From assembly GCA_043228905.1 (NCBI GenBank), contig JBHGNT010000008.1:5518001-5582000 (forward strand): a DNA stretch of 64,000 nucleotides, in the 5' to 3' direction. Shown one piece after another: positions 37,083-48,400 of this stretch. The first letter of the stretch is position 1. Every line of letters starts with the position of its first letter. The stretch comes from Azolla caroliniana (lineage: Eukaryota; Plantae; Polypodiophyta). Position numbers and translations under genes: made by a program. The notes below the pieces were generated by a model that made no database searches, was not told the origin of the DNA, and saw nothing but the letters and a program-made list of their open reading frames with translations.

Positions 37083-39938
37083 CAGTGTTGGGCAAAGTCT
37101 CTAGCCCCTAGCAGAAATTTTCCTACGTCTTATGAACCTTACCAGAATTTAAAATTTTTAACCGGCCATTTTCCTATAAGTGATAATGTCAACCAGAACT
37201 TATTGAAAATTTGTTTTAGCGCATACCAAATCAAATAATAAAAAATTGCCCAATACAAAATCAAATAAATCACAAAAAAAATTAGTACTTTCCTTTGCCT
37301 TTCGTATTTTTGTTGTGGCCATAATGTCTACCAATATTGTAGAGTGTGTTGAAGTAGCATAATCTATGGATTCCAATTACAATATGGGAATCGTACATAC
37401 ACAATCCATGTATTCCAAAGAGAATAAAAAAATTAAAATACTTAGGATATATGGAAGATAGAGAAAATGTGATGACATTGTGTGTGGCATCCCTAAAGAG
37501 AGAACCAAATGTGTGTGTGAAAGAGAGACAAGGAGCACGGTTAGAGATCCCAACAATGTAATGTAGAGAGTTTAAAGTGAGATGGTCATGCCAACAGTTC
37601 AGAGATAATGAAGCCATTGTTTTGACACATTGATGTGGAAATTTAGTCAATGAGTAATACTTTGTGACCAAAAAACCTATCTAGGGGCACTAATTTGAAC
37701 TCTCTATCCCCCGAGTTGATAGAAGACTAACAACATAGCACATAAAACATAAAGAGGTTACTTCTGGAAGGGGGGGACACAAGAAACAAGAAGATAACAC
37801 AACAGTAAAGCCATCACTCTTGTCTCTTTCAACACATACTCATAAACTCATTTGACAATTACAATGTTGTCAAAATTTGTATACATACAATGTAGGATGG
37901 ATTTTATGGAAGACAACAATGTTTGCATACACAAAACATCATTTACAATAATTGAAAATATCATACATACTCTTAGATTGCATTTAGAAACTCAATGTCA
38001 TTTGTGATTTGAAGTCATTTCAACTCTTATAGAAAATTCTCAACAAGGGTAATGACAAAATCGCCAATTACGTAATACAAGGGGCTATCAAGGCTTGATA
38101 GCCCTAAGATGAATTTCCAGATGCATAAGTCTATGGTTGGCATACTTATGTATTTGATCGTTTTAAGAGTGCAAGCATGCTTGTCCCAACCACGACTGCA
38201 GCTACAACAGGTGTATGCCATCAATCACCAATTTTGTTGTCTTTGTATGTTTACTCTAGTCCTCCATGTTAGAACTTGGTATCATGTTGGGATTCGCGAG
38301 GAATATTTTTCTATGCCACTCCTTGAGAGTAGTTAAAATGCAACTTTAGAACCTGAAAATAATTGTGTTCTAAGACACTATTGAATGACTTTTTGAATAC
38401 AATAAACTTTGAATATTGCCAAAGCTTGAGCTACACCGAGATATATATTTGAACAGGGAATTCTCTTGATAGACAAAAAAAGTATATATTTTGCTCAGAA
38501 CTAACTTAACATGATAAAAACCTCAAAGCTTTTAAATAATCAGCCTCTTTATTTTAAAGATAATTTAGGAAAAAGATATTGTTAAATGTCCTAGCCAAAA
38601 AGCATGATAAATAATTGAACTAGCAATGAGCATAATACCTTGGCATCTGACGATCTTGCATACATTAGGGCATTGGAGTTTGTTATAGAAACATCACTGT
38701 TTGGAGATGGCCATGTAAAAATAAGTAAATCATATGAATGACATTCATCAACTACTAAAACTTGAGAAAAACTCAAACCTATGATTGTCATCCTCATCTT
38801 CCAGAGTTTCTGATGCAATGGTTGAATCCCAAAACCTCCGCATAATTATTCTTGTCAGATCAATATTCCCCTCAGTATTGCCAACCTACATCATCAGAAA
38901 TGCACATGAAGTTCTCTTTGTGAGAATACATCTATAATGTATTCTTAAGACTGGGTAAATGTAAAATGAAGTTTAAAACATGACAAATCTTCTACACCAT
39001 GGCAACAACAACATGGGTTAATTGTAAAACATCCAGACAAGCCACAATGCAACCCTCTGCCACAATCCACATGAGAACCTCAAAAACACACAAGGAACAC
39101 AATATTTTAATACTAGGGTATAGAAGATTTTAATGCAATTATAGGCCCTTTAACTGAAAATGTTTACGAGCCTCGTTAATAATGCATACCAAAAATATAC
39201 AATGAATTCTTTCAATCTTCTACAAACACAAGATCTAAAAATAAGCCATTATTGCAAGAAGCAAAGTATATATGTATAGTTTACCTATGTATAGATTGTC
39301 AAGACTCAACTCTCAAATCGAAGGCATAGGTAATCGAGAAGAAATCTATACTAATTTCTTTCAATCTTCTGCAAATAGAAGATCTGAAAATAAGTCGTTA
39401 TTGATAGAAGGAAGGTATATATGTATAGTTTACCTATGTATAGATTGTCATGCTTCAACTCTCAAATCTCAAGTCGACGACACAGGCAAGTGAAAAGAGG
39501 GAAATTGAGAAGAAATCTATAGTGAATTCATTCAATCTTCTGCAAACAGAACATCTGAAAATAAGCTATTATTGACAGAAGCAAGATATATATGTATAGT
39601 TACCTACGTATTGATTGTCAAGTCTCGACTTTCGATTCTCGAGTGGAAGGCACATGCAATAGATAGAGAAGAGAGAAATCGAAGAGCTAGCATAGACACA
39701 CAGGAAAAGAGTGGGGGAATCAAGGAGTAAAAGAAGGGGACAAAGGGAAATTCGTTTTTTTAACATTATTATTTTTTAAAAATGCATAAATAGCCGGTTA
39801 CAAAAATATGAACCGGCTAGATTCCGATTATTGGGAAATTCTAACCGGAATCAGTTCTGGCTCTCTCCCACCTTGGCCGGCAAAAGTCCCAATTGAACCG
39901 GAACGTTAACACTGTTCCTGCGACTTTGTCCAACACTG
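37083..39938. mobile_element. Non-autonomous or decayed hAT DNA transposon (2856 bp)
   Basis: TIRs CAGTGTTGGGCAAAGTC / GACTTTGTCCAACACTG; 8-bp TSD GTCAAAAC (37075-37082, 39939-39946); splits the Copia RT at ILRRFD|MLHCKP. Confidence 0.93.
39200..39640. repeat. Three imperfect ~150-170-bp tandem units inside the hAT
   Basis: Recurring 'ttcaatcttct.caaa.a.aa.atct.aaaataag...tatatgtatagtttacctatgtatagattgtca'. Confidence 0.8.
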
Positions 39939-42900
39939 GTCAAAACGCCGAAGAATGTTAGATATATGTTGTGATTGAGATAAAGAAATTGTGCTTAAAC
40001 TACAATTTCTTTTAACTTCAATTCCTAGGAAATAAGACATAGGACCTAGATCAGTGATTGGAAAACTAGCCTTTAATTCTTGTTTGCAAATACCAATATA
40101 AGATAGAGAATTTGATACTAATGGTAGATCATCTACATATAGCCGTATTAATATGAAGTTAGATGCATTAATATATAATCGGGTATAACAATTACTAAGG
40201 AGAAAAGAGTGCAAACGGTGATACCACACTCGAGGTGATTGGCAAAGTCCATAGATAGATTTTCGAAGTCGACATACGTGATTTGGGAATTGAGCACTTT
40301 CAAAGTAGGGTGGTTGTATGTAGACTTCTTCATCAAGTTCACCATGTAAAAATGTCGTTTGAACATCTAAATGATGAAGTTCAAGGTTTAATGATGCAAC
40401 AAGTCCCACGAGCATACAGAACGACATTATCTTTAGAGTGGGACTAAAAGTATCTTTGAAGTCAATTCTAGGTACTTGTGAGAATCCTTGTGCAACAAGT
40501 CGAGCTTTATAACGGATACACTTGCCGAGAGAATCACGTTTAACTCGGAGTACCCACTTACACATGCCTATCTTTCGGTCGTTGGGTTTCTCCACAATAA
40601 TCCATGTCTCATTCTTTTGGAGAGCGTTCATTTCATCTTCCATTGCTCGGCCTCACTTGTCCGCATCGTGTCTGTTTAAGGCATCTTCAACATTTAGGGG
40701 TTCATCACAATCGATTGGATATTCAATGTCTTTGAAATGGTTTCAAGACGATCGGAATAAGTGGAATCAAGATCAATGAAATGAACTTCAAGGTCATCAA
40801 GTTCTTTGTAAATATCCACGATGTACTTTTTCTACTTTGTTGATGTGGTTTTCGGGTTAGGTGTCGTGCTTCTTATAGTTGTGGGTGAGTGTGAAAAGAT
40901 AGAAGAACTACTTTGGCTATTTCATTGAGAAGGGGAAGATTGATAACGGGAAGGTGAGAAGGGGGGTGGGGGAGGTAGTTATTTTTAAGGGCATGTGTGA
41001 ATTTGTAATAGATATAGGAATAGGAGTAGGAGTGGAATTAGAAGAAGGTGAAAAATAAAGGAATTGTTGTTCGTGTGAAGAAACGGAGAAGGGAGAGCAC
41101 GCAAAATACATATGCAAGTTAGCGTGGAGATATTGGGGGTTGCCATTTGGTGGAGGACCATGGGAGATTGGAGGGGCCATGGTTGCACACGAGATCCGAT
41201 TTATGCCGTATGTTCATTCTTCGAAGGCGTCTGTGGTTGATTGTTGTGACTTTTCAGATCTTGATAGTCTTCTATATGAGGGATTCACTTGTAGCTTTTC
41301 AAGGTAATCATCTGGAACATTCCTCTTTTCCTTATTAGATTGTAAAGGTTTATTTGTTAATATGGTGCCCGAGTTGCTTTTAGAATGTCTTGTATGAGTG
41401 GGAATTGTAGAGTTGATGGGTAGTGGAGCAGAGGTTGTAACGGTAGCATAGGAGCGAGTTTGATTCTACTTTTCCACTAGTGTTGACGAGGTGGGAGAAG
41501 GTATTTGCCACAAGATTGTGCTCTGAGATTTGGGTTTGGGGATTTGTGTGGCGAGGTTTTCAGTGTCTGTTGGTTTTACATAAATTGAGTTTGTTAGGTC
41601 ATTAGTTGTATTTATAATTGATGGTTGTACCTTTGTTTTATATTGATTAGCAATGGTTGATTCATTAAAACTAACGCTTCTACTAAAGATGAATTTCTTT
41701 GATGTCATATCGTAAAGTCGATAGGCTTTATATCTGTGAGCATCACCATATCCAACAAAGATAGTTTTGTTTGCTCGGGCATCTAGTTTGTTTCTTTTAT
41801 TCTCAGGTACATATACATAGGCCGGACAACCAAATATTTGAAGGTCTTTTACATGTGGTTTATGTCCATACCATAATTCGTATGGTGTCATTAATTCATT
41901 GTCATGTATCTCGTAGTTGATTTCGGCGGTGTCAAATTTGCGCAAGTGGAAAGCCACGGGATGTAGCTTCTCATCATCTCCTTGCTGTGACAAAATACTA
42001 CCGAGGGCAAAATCTGACGTTTTTGCCTCAATGATAAATGTTTTTTGCGGATCAAAATGAGCTAGAACAGGAGCCGATGTAAATGCTTTCTTGAGACCTT
42101 CAAAAGCCGTGTCCGCTTCCTTAGACCAAACAAATTATTGTCCCTTCTCTATAAGTTGTGTGAGCAGTAAAATAAGTTTTGAGTAGTGTTGTATAAACTT
42201 ACAGTACAAATTTGCAAATCCTAAAAAGCATTGCACTTCTCACAACGAACCTGGAGTTTGCCACTCTAACACAATTTGGACTTTAGGTGGATCCATAAAT
42301 ATGCCTTCCGAGGAGATGACATAGCCTAGAAATTCCCATGGTTACAGTCAAAACTACACTTTTCCAATTTTGCATAAAGACCATGTTTTCGTAGTCATCC
42401 TAGTACTAATAGTACATGAGAATTATACTCCTCTTGTGTCTTTGAATAAACTAGTAGATCATCCAAGTAGACGATCAAAGAGATGTCCAAAAGATCTCGG
42501 AATATATCATTTGCCTTGTGCTGGAAGACTATTGGCGGATTGGTGAGGCCAAATGGCATAACTGTATACTCAAAGTGCCCATATCGGGTGCAGAAAGTTG
42601 TCTTCCATTCGTCTCTCTGGTCGAATCCGTACGATGTTATATGCTACTTGTAAGTCAATTTTCGTGAAAAACTTTGCACCATTAATCCTTTCTAAAAGAT
42701 TCGAGATGAGGGGAAGTGCATACTTAATCTTGATGGTTACCTTATTCAAGCCACGATAATCCATGACTAGATGAAGTGCACCATCTTTTTCTTTTACGAA
42801 GAAAATAGGTATGTCGGCTGGCGATTTCGAATGTCGAATGAACTCGTTTGCCAAATTTTCCTCTGTGTAGGCTCGAAGAACTTCAAGCTCGGTTGCAGAG

Positions 42901-44810
42901 AAGTTGTATATCGGTCCCCACGGTGGCTCTTTTCCTGGTTGTAAATCAATGGGACAATCATACAGTCGATGGTGAGGAAGAGTACTAGCTTTTACCTTAT
43001 CCAAAACGTTGGCGTAATGATGCTACTTCTTTGGAAGTTGAGTTGTTGACTCCTTCGCGGTTTTGAAAGGTTTCATTGATACTGCGAATACAAACATTGA
43101 TTCCTTGCGTCCTTCGTCATGCAATTGATGTAGCGAAATGGTTGAAATCTTGTGAGTAGATTCTGGAGATTGTCGATACCTGATTTCTCTTGTTCTCCAA
43201 TCTATGTTCAAATTGTGTAATTCGAACCATGGTAACCCCAAAACAATTGGATGTTCTAGACTACTAATTATATTAAATGATACCACACACGCCAAATTAT
43301 TTCGGACAACACTAATCGGCTCTGACTCTTCTATGATATTTCCGGAAGTAATGGGGCGACCATCAATGACTACTACAGAAGTTGGGCAAGGGAGTTTTCT
43401 TAGGGATATCTGATGAGCTTGGGCAAAATTCTTATCCATGAAGCAAGAATTGGCTCCGGAATCTAGGAGTGTTAAGACATGTAATGTAAGGTTACTTTTA
43501 GTGCTAATTGTTACTTGAGCTAGGAAGACATTACTAACTTGCTTAGAGGGAATGGAACCACTAATGGGCTGCACAGATTTGGGATTGTCCAACCAAACGA
43601 CTCCTATTTTGGTTGGACTTAGTCGCTTAACTCTTCTTCTAGTTGACTAAGGACTTCAAATTTGTTTGATAGGCTTGGGTTATTAGGACTATCCAACACT
43701 CCTAATGGAATAGACTCGGCTTTAGTACTATTAGTACTAGTGGCTATTTGATTTACCTGTCTTCTTGGCCTATGAGGACAGTTCACTACAATATGCCCCG
43801 GTCCACCACAATAAAGACATAACCGGTTTGTTTGGCATCGTTGCTTTTCCTCTTTCGATAATGGTCCAAGACGACGTGTGGTGTCGATTTCCATTGGTGT
43901 TGGAGTATTTGCCAAAGACGCATTATATGACTCCCTTGGAAAAGGTTTTGCTACAACTAAAGTGTAGGTGGGCTCTGATCTTGTCCTTGGCATTTGGAAT
44001 GGACATTTCGAACGTCGTTCAAAAAGCTGATTATCGCATCGTACCTCTCGACTGATTAATTCTGTGAGAGACTTTGGTTCTTCGAGGAAAGTCAAGAGTA
44101 AATCCTTGACATCATTACGTAGGCCATAGTGAAATTGCTCCATCAATGCTTGGTCATCCCAGGGAATATCGGTGGCGAGAAGACAGAAATCCGCAGCATA
44201 AGTTGAGGCCGGCCGATCACCTTGAAGTAGTCTTCGGATTTTGTTGATTGCCGTCCTAATGCTATCAGTATCTCCAAAACATGCTTTAAACTTACTAATA
44301 AAATCCTCAAAATTATTTAACAAAGGAGAGTCTTTTTCTAACAAACGGGTGAACCATGCCAAAGTTGTCCCACTAAGTAGTGTGCCTACTAGTCCCACTC
44401 ATGATGCATCGGTGGGATATCAAGAAGGATGCATTTGGATCACCAAACATACCTGATTAAGAAATCCTTTAAACTATGATCACGTTCAATCAAACTTCAT
44501 AAGAAGACCAATCTTGGGTTCCTTGGGACTCCCTTCAGTGCTTGGTCCCTGTTGTTGCAATGACACAATAGTTGCTTCAAGTTGTTGTAGCGTAACATCA
44601 ACTCCCCATGTTGTTGTTTTTCTAGAGCTATTTGTTGAAGTTCCCCCAACAAACGATGATTTTCTTGTTCTAGTGCAAACTTTTCTTTTAAGCACTGGAG
44701 CTCTGAGAAAACGGATTGGTATTCTTGAACAGTAATAGTTTCCATTTAGTATTGGAGGAAGGAAGGATAAGAGGATTAGTATGAAGGGAAGGAGGGATAC
44801 GAAGATGAGA

Positions 44811-44822
44811 AATTCGGTTCAA
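44811..44822 (-). promoter_or_regulatory. Putative self-priming PBS (TTGAACCGAATT), complementary to the predicted transcript 5' end
   Basis: No TGG tRNA-type PBS; perfect 12-bp complement to LTR 54866-54877, which begins 33 nt downstream of the TATA start. Confidence 0.75.
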
Positions 44823-45421
44823 ACTGTCAGGGATAGTACTAGAGGCAAGGAGAATTAGTATTAAAGATAGATGAGAAGAATGAGGATTAGTGCTAAGAAG
44901 GGAAAGAGTGTGTGAGAATCACGAGAGGGGAAGAGAGGGAGAGAGAGGGAGTGTTACCGGTCGGCAAGGAGTCCAAAATACGGAGTGAAGGAATTAATTA
45001 GATGGTTGTAAATGAGCATAGTGTGGACGGACGGACTGGAAACGGTATGCCGTTCCAGATCCGGACGGATTCCGAATAGGTGCGAGAGGCACCGTTTTGT
45101 ACTACGGGCCGGAAACCTATTTAAAGGCCCGGACCCCATTGTAATGACAGCGGATAATTAATAGAGCTTATGATGTTTGTACTTCTGTCTTGATTTCCGT
45201 TCTGTAATTACTGTTATATCTTACGCGTGTAATCAACCGAAGCATTCTAATCGTGTAACCTATGTAAGTCGGTGTAATCGTTGAATATTAATCCTATGCC
45301 GTAATCACCCCTTTGGTGAAGTGTTTCCGTGACACCTTGTGTTAGGCCTTGTCCGGCTAAGAGAATAACACAGTTTTGGCGACCACGATTCCTGCTTTCT
45401 CGCAGCGAACGACGGTAATGG

Positions 45422-48400
45422 ATGACTAGACCAACGCACGACTTGGGTACAGACCGAGCTCGACGCCTCGCCGAACGGCAAAGACGGCGTGAGACTTTCC
45501 AGCAAGCAGCGCAGGAAATTCGCTCGGATCGTTCGTTCTCCAACGAGATCCGGAGAGTCGCGGAGGAATCTCTCCGGTTACGGCAAACTCGCGACCAGGA
45601 CGACGGAAGCAGTCTAAGTAGTCTCCGGGAAACCGAACGACTCCTGGAGGCGCTGGCAAGCGGAGAAAACGAGGCAGAAGCCTTTTCAGCCTACGAATCG
45701 GATTCCGAAGGGGGATACAGCGTGCACACGAACTACCGGAGCAGCAACGATACCCCCGGCGGCCCGGAAGACGACGGGTCGGATACCGTGCCGACTCCAG
45801 AACCGGAACCGCGCAACCAGGGCTATCCGGAACCACAAACGGAAGCCGTCAACCCACCAACACCGGAAGTGGAAGAAGCAAAGCCACCAACACCAACGAA
45901 AGAGCCGGCAAAGGGACCGGAAAAAGAGCCGGAAAAAGAACCGGAAAAATATCAACAAACGCCACTAAAACGCGGCTTAATACTGGACGACGACATGCCG
46001 TTCCAATACTCAAAGTACCGCGATGATCCGGATGCGGAAGCGCATGTGGATGACTTCGAGCAGACATGGGAAGCAAATCACACGTCCCAGCGAATGACAC
46101 CGGAGGAAGAAGAACGCTCGAAGATAGCGGAATTCGGAGTCACGTTGGAGGGACCAGCGACACGATGGCGGCGGTCGCAGGACCCGGCGACCATCACAAC
46201 ATTCGCAGAATTAAAAGCAAAATTCTTGCATTTTTTCCACAAGGAGGTCGACCAGACGACAATGGTGGGCCTGTTTTATACGATCCGGCAGGAGGCAGGG
46301 GAAAGCATTCCCCAATTCGTCATCCGTTTCCAACGGATGCATAGCCAGCTTGCCCGTGCACCCCCGGAGGAGGAATTACGGACGATATTTTTAAACGCAC
46401 TCCGGGAACCGTTACGCACGGTGTGTACGGTGATCGACTTTCGAGGATGCACCATCGATCAGGTCATTGACCGGGTCAGAGAAATGGAAAAGACAAGCTC
46501 ATGGCTTACGCTGGGAACACTGCAACGGGCGTTACCCACCGAGGAAGATCTCCGGTTCCGGCAGGCAATTCAATGCACAATCTGCTTGAATGCCGGACAC
46601 TCGGCAGTGGAGTGCACCATGCGCACTCAGTGTGTGATTTGTCAATCCAAGAGTCATACAACGGACCGGTGCGAGTACAACCTGTTAAACCGACAAGCAC
46701 CACCCGTCCGACGGATCGAGCCAAGAAGCAGCCAAGACGAAGATGAAGATCGTTGGCAAAAAATGGACCGGTACCGACCGGCACAGGATGTCCGGTACGG
46801 AGACAGGCAAGATAATGATGGCCGATACGGGAATCGGCGTGATAACTACGACCGGTATGATCGATCGGACCGTTATCGGGAGCCCAACAGACGACACGAG
46901 CAATACGACAGAGACCATTCCCCTGGTTACCGAAGGCACCAGGAGGACTATGGCCGATTTTACGATCCAGCACGACCGGACTACCGAAATAAAAATAAGA
47001 ATAATAAGAAACGTAATTTCAAGAAAGGTGGTCACCGTAGGGACCCGGAACATGGAACCCCAAGGAGCCAACCGGCACAGAACGCACCACTCGCTACGGG
47101 ACCGACTCCGGCTACCAGCAATGCTGAATCTAGCAATACCCGTAAAGAGTACTGCTACTACTGCAGGCAGGAAGGCCACTACAGTAACCAGTGCCCGGTA
47201 AAGAGCTACGAAAAACGACCAGCAGTTAATATGGTGGTTCCGGAAGTGGCGGATTTACAGCAAGTAACCACACGGTCGAAAGGCATAGCCAAAGAGTGGG
47301 AAACACAAGAGGCCATACGAAAGCAGGCGACGGAATGGGTGAAGGAAGCCAATGAAAAGAACGTCGCGGACGCGGAACGGCAAAAGGCAAATACCATAGG
47401 GAGTGCCGGCGGCAGCCACCCAGAAAACGAGACATGGCAAGCACTGCAAGAATGTCAGATCACGTTGCCGTTAGGAAGACTCTTGCAGCTCGTGCCGCGA
47501 TTTACGGAAGGGCTAAAAACGGGCATGACAGACGGCATAGCCCCACCGGCACCAGTCCTCTTCTCGAACCCGGAGGAGGGACCGACGGTAGTGGACACTA
47601 GCAGTCCGGTGATTACAGCTATTGTCAAAGGGCACGAACTTCCCGGCACAGTAATCGATGGAGGTTCCGGGGTGAACGTAATAAGCCTCCGTACGTGTGA
47701 TGCCTTGGGTATACATGAATGGGAGCCATGCCCGTTCTGGCTACGGATGGCGGATACGAGCTCGGTACGGCCGACGGGCTTAATACGGAAATTGGAAGTC
47801 ACCATAGGAGGCCACACATTTCACATCTCGGCGGTAGTGCTGCAGCTACAGGCGCAAGGCGCGTACCCACTGCTGCTGGGCAGACCATGGTTGAAAACAG
47901 CACACATCAAGCAAAATTGGCGGAAAAATATGATTACCTTCCGGCGCGGAAAAGCCAAGGTCCGGGTTCCGACACAACCACGGACAAGCAATGGTAAGGA
48001 ATGCACACCGCTGTATGCGGAATGTGTGAACATGCTTGAAGGATTGGCAGACGACGAAGAAGCCCAGTACTTGGAGGAACACCCGAAGATCGTACCACTC
48101 TTCGAGATTGACGTAGCTGAAGCCGTAGCGCCATACTTGCCGCAGCGGGACGACACCGAAGCCGAACCAGACAAAGATGCGATTCGGGAATTACGGCAAG
48201 CACAGGAAGCATTGGAACGGGAAATGGCCGTTTCCCAACGGGTAAAAACATCCCAGCTCGACGAAGTGAACCTAGGAAGCAAGGACGAATCAAAGCCGGT
48301 TCACATCGCCAAAGAAATGAAGCCGGAAGATAAAGCGGCGATGATCAAACTTCTCACGGAGTTTCGCGACGTATTCGCCTGGTCATACGAGGACATGCGA

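Larger units (their letters stand above)
35969..41891 (-). mobile_element. Old AT-rich Copia (Copia-6): integrase C-terminus, RT, RNaseH, PPT and 3' LTR starting at 36212, interrupted by the hAT
   Basis: TPYELWYG..FGCPAYV; RYKARLVAQGFSQ; LYVDDL; KQTTVALSSTEAE; PPT GGGGGGAG at ~36213-36220; the LTR's left end is uncertain. Confidence 0.82.

Noticed and set aside
41466-41993. 175-aa ORF as a novel gene
   Set aside because: Chance in-frame fusion of Gypsy RNaseH and Copia integrase at a rearrangement breakpoint.
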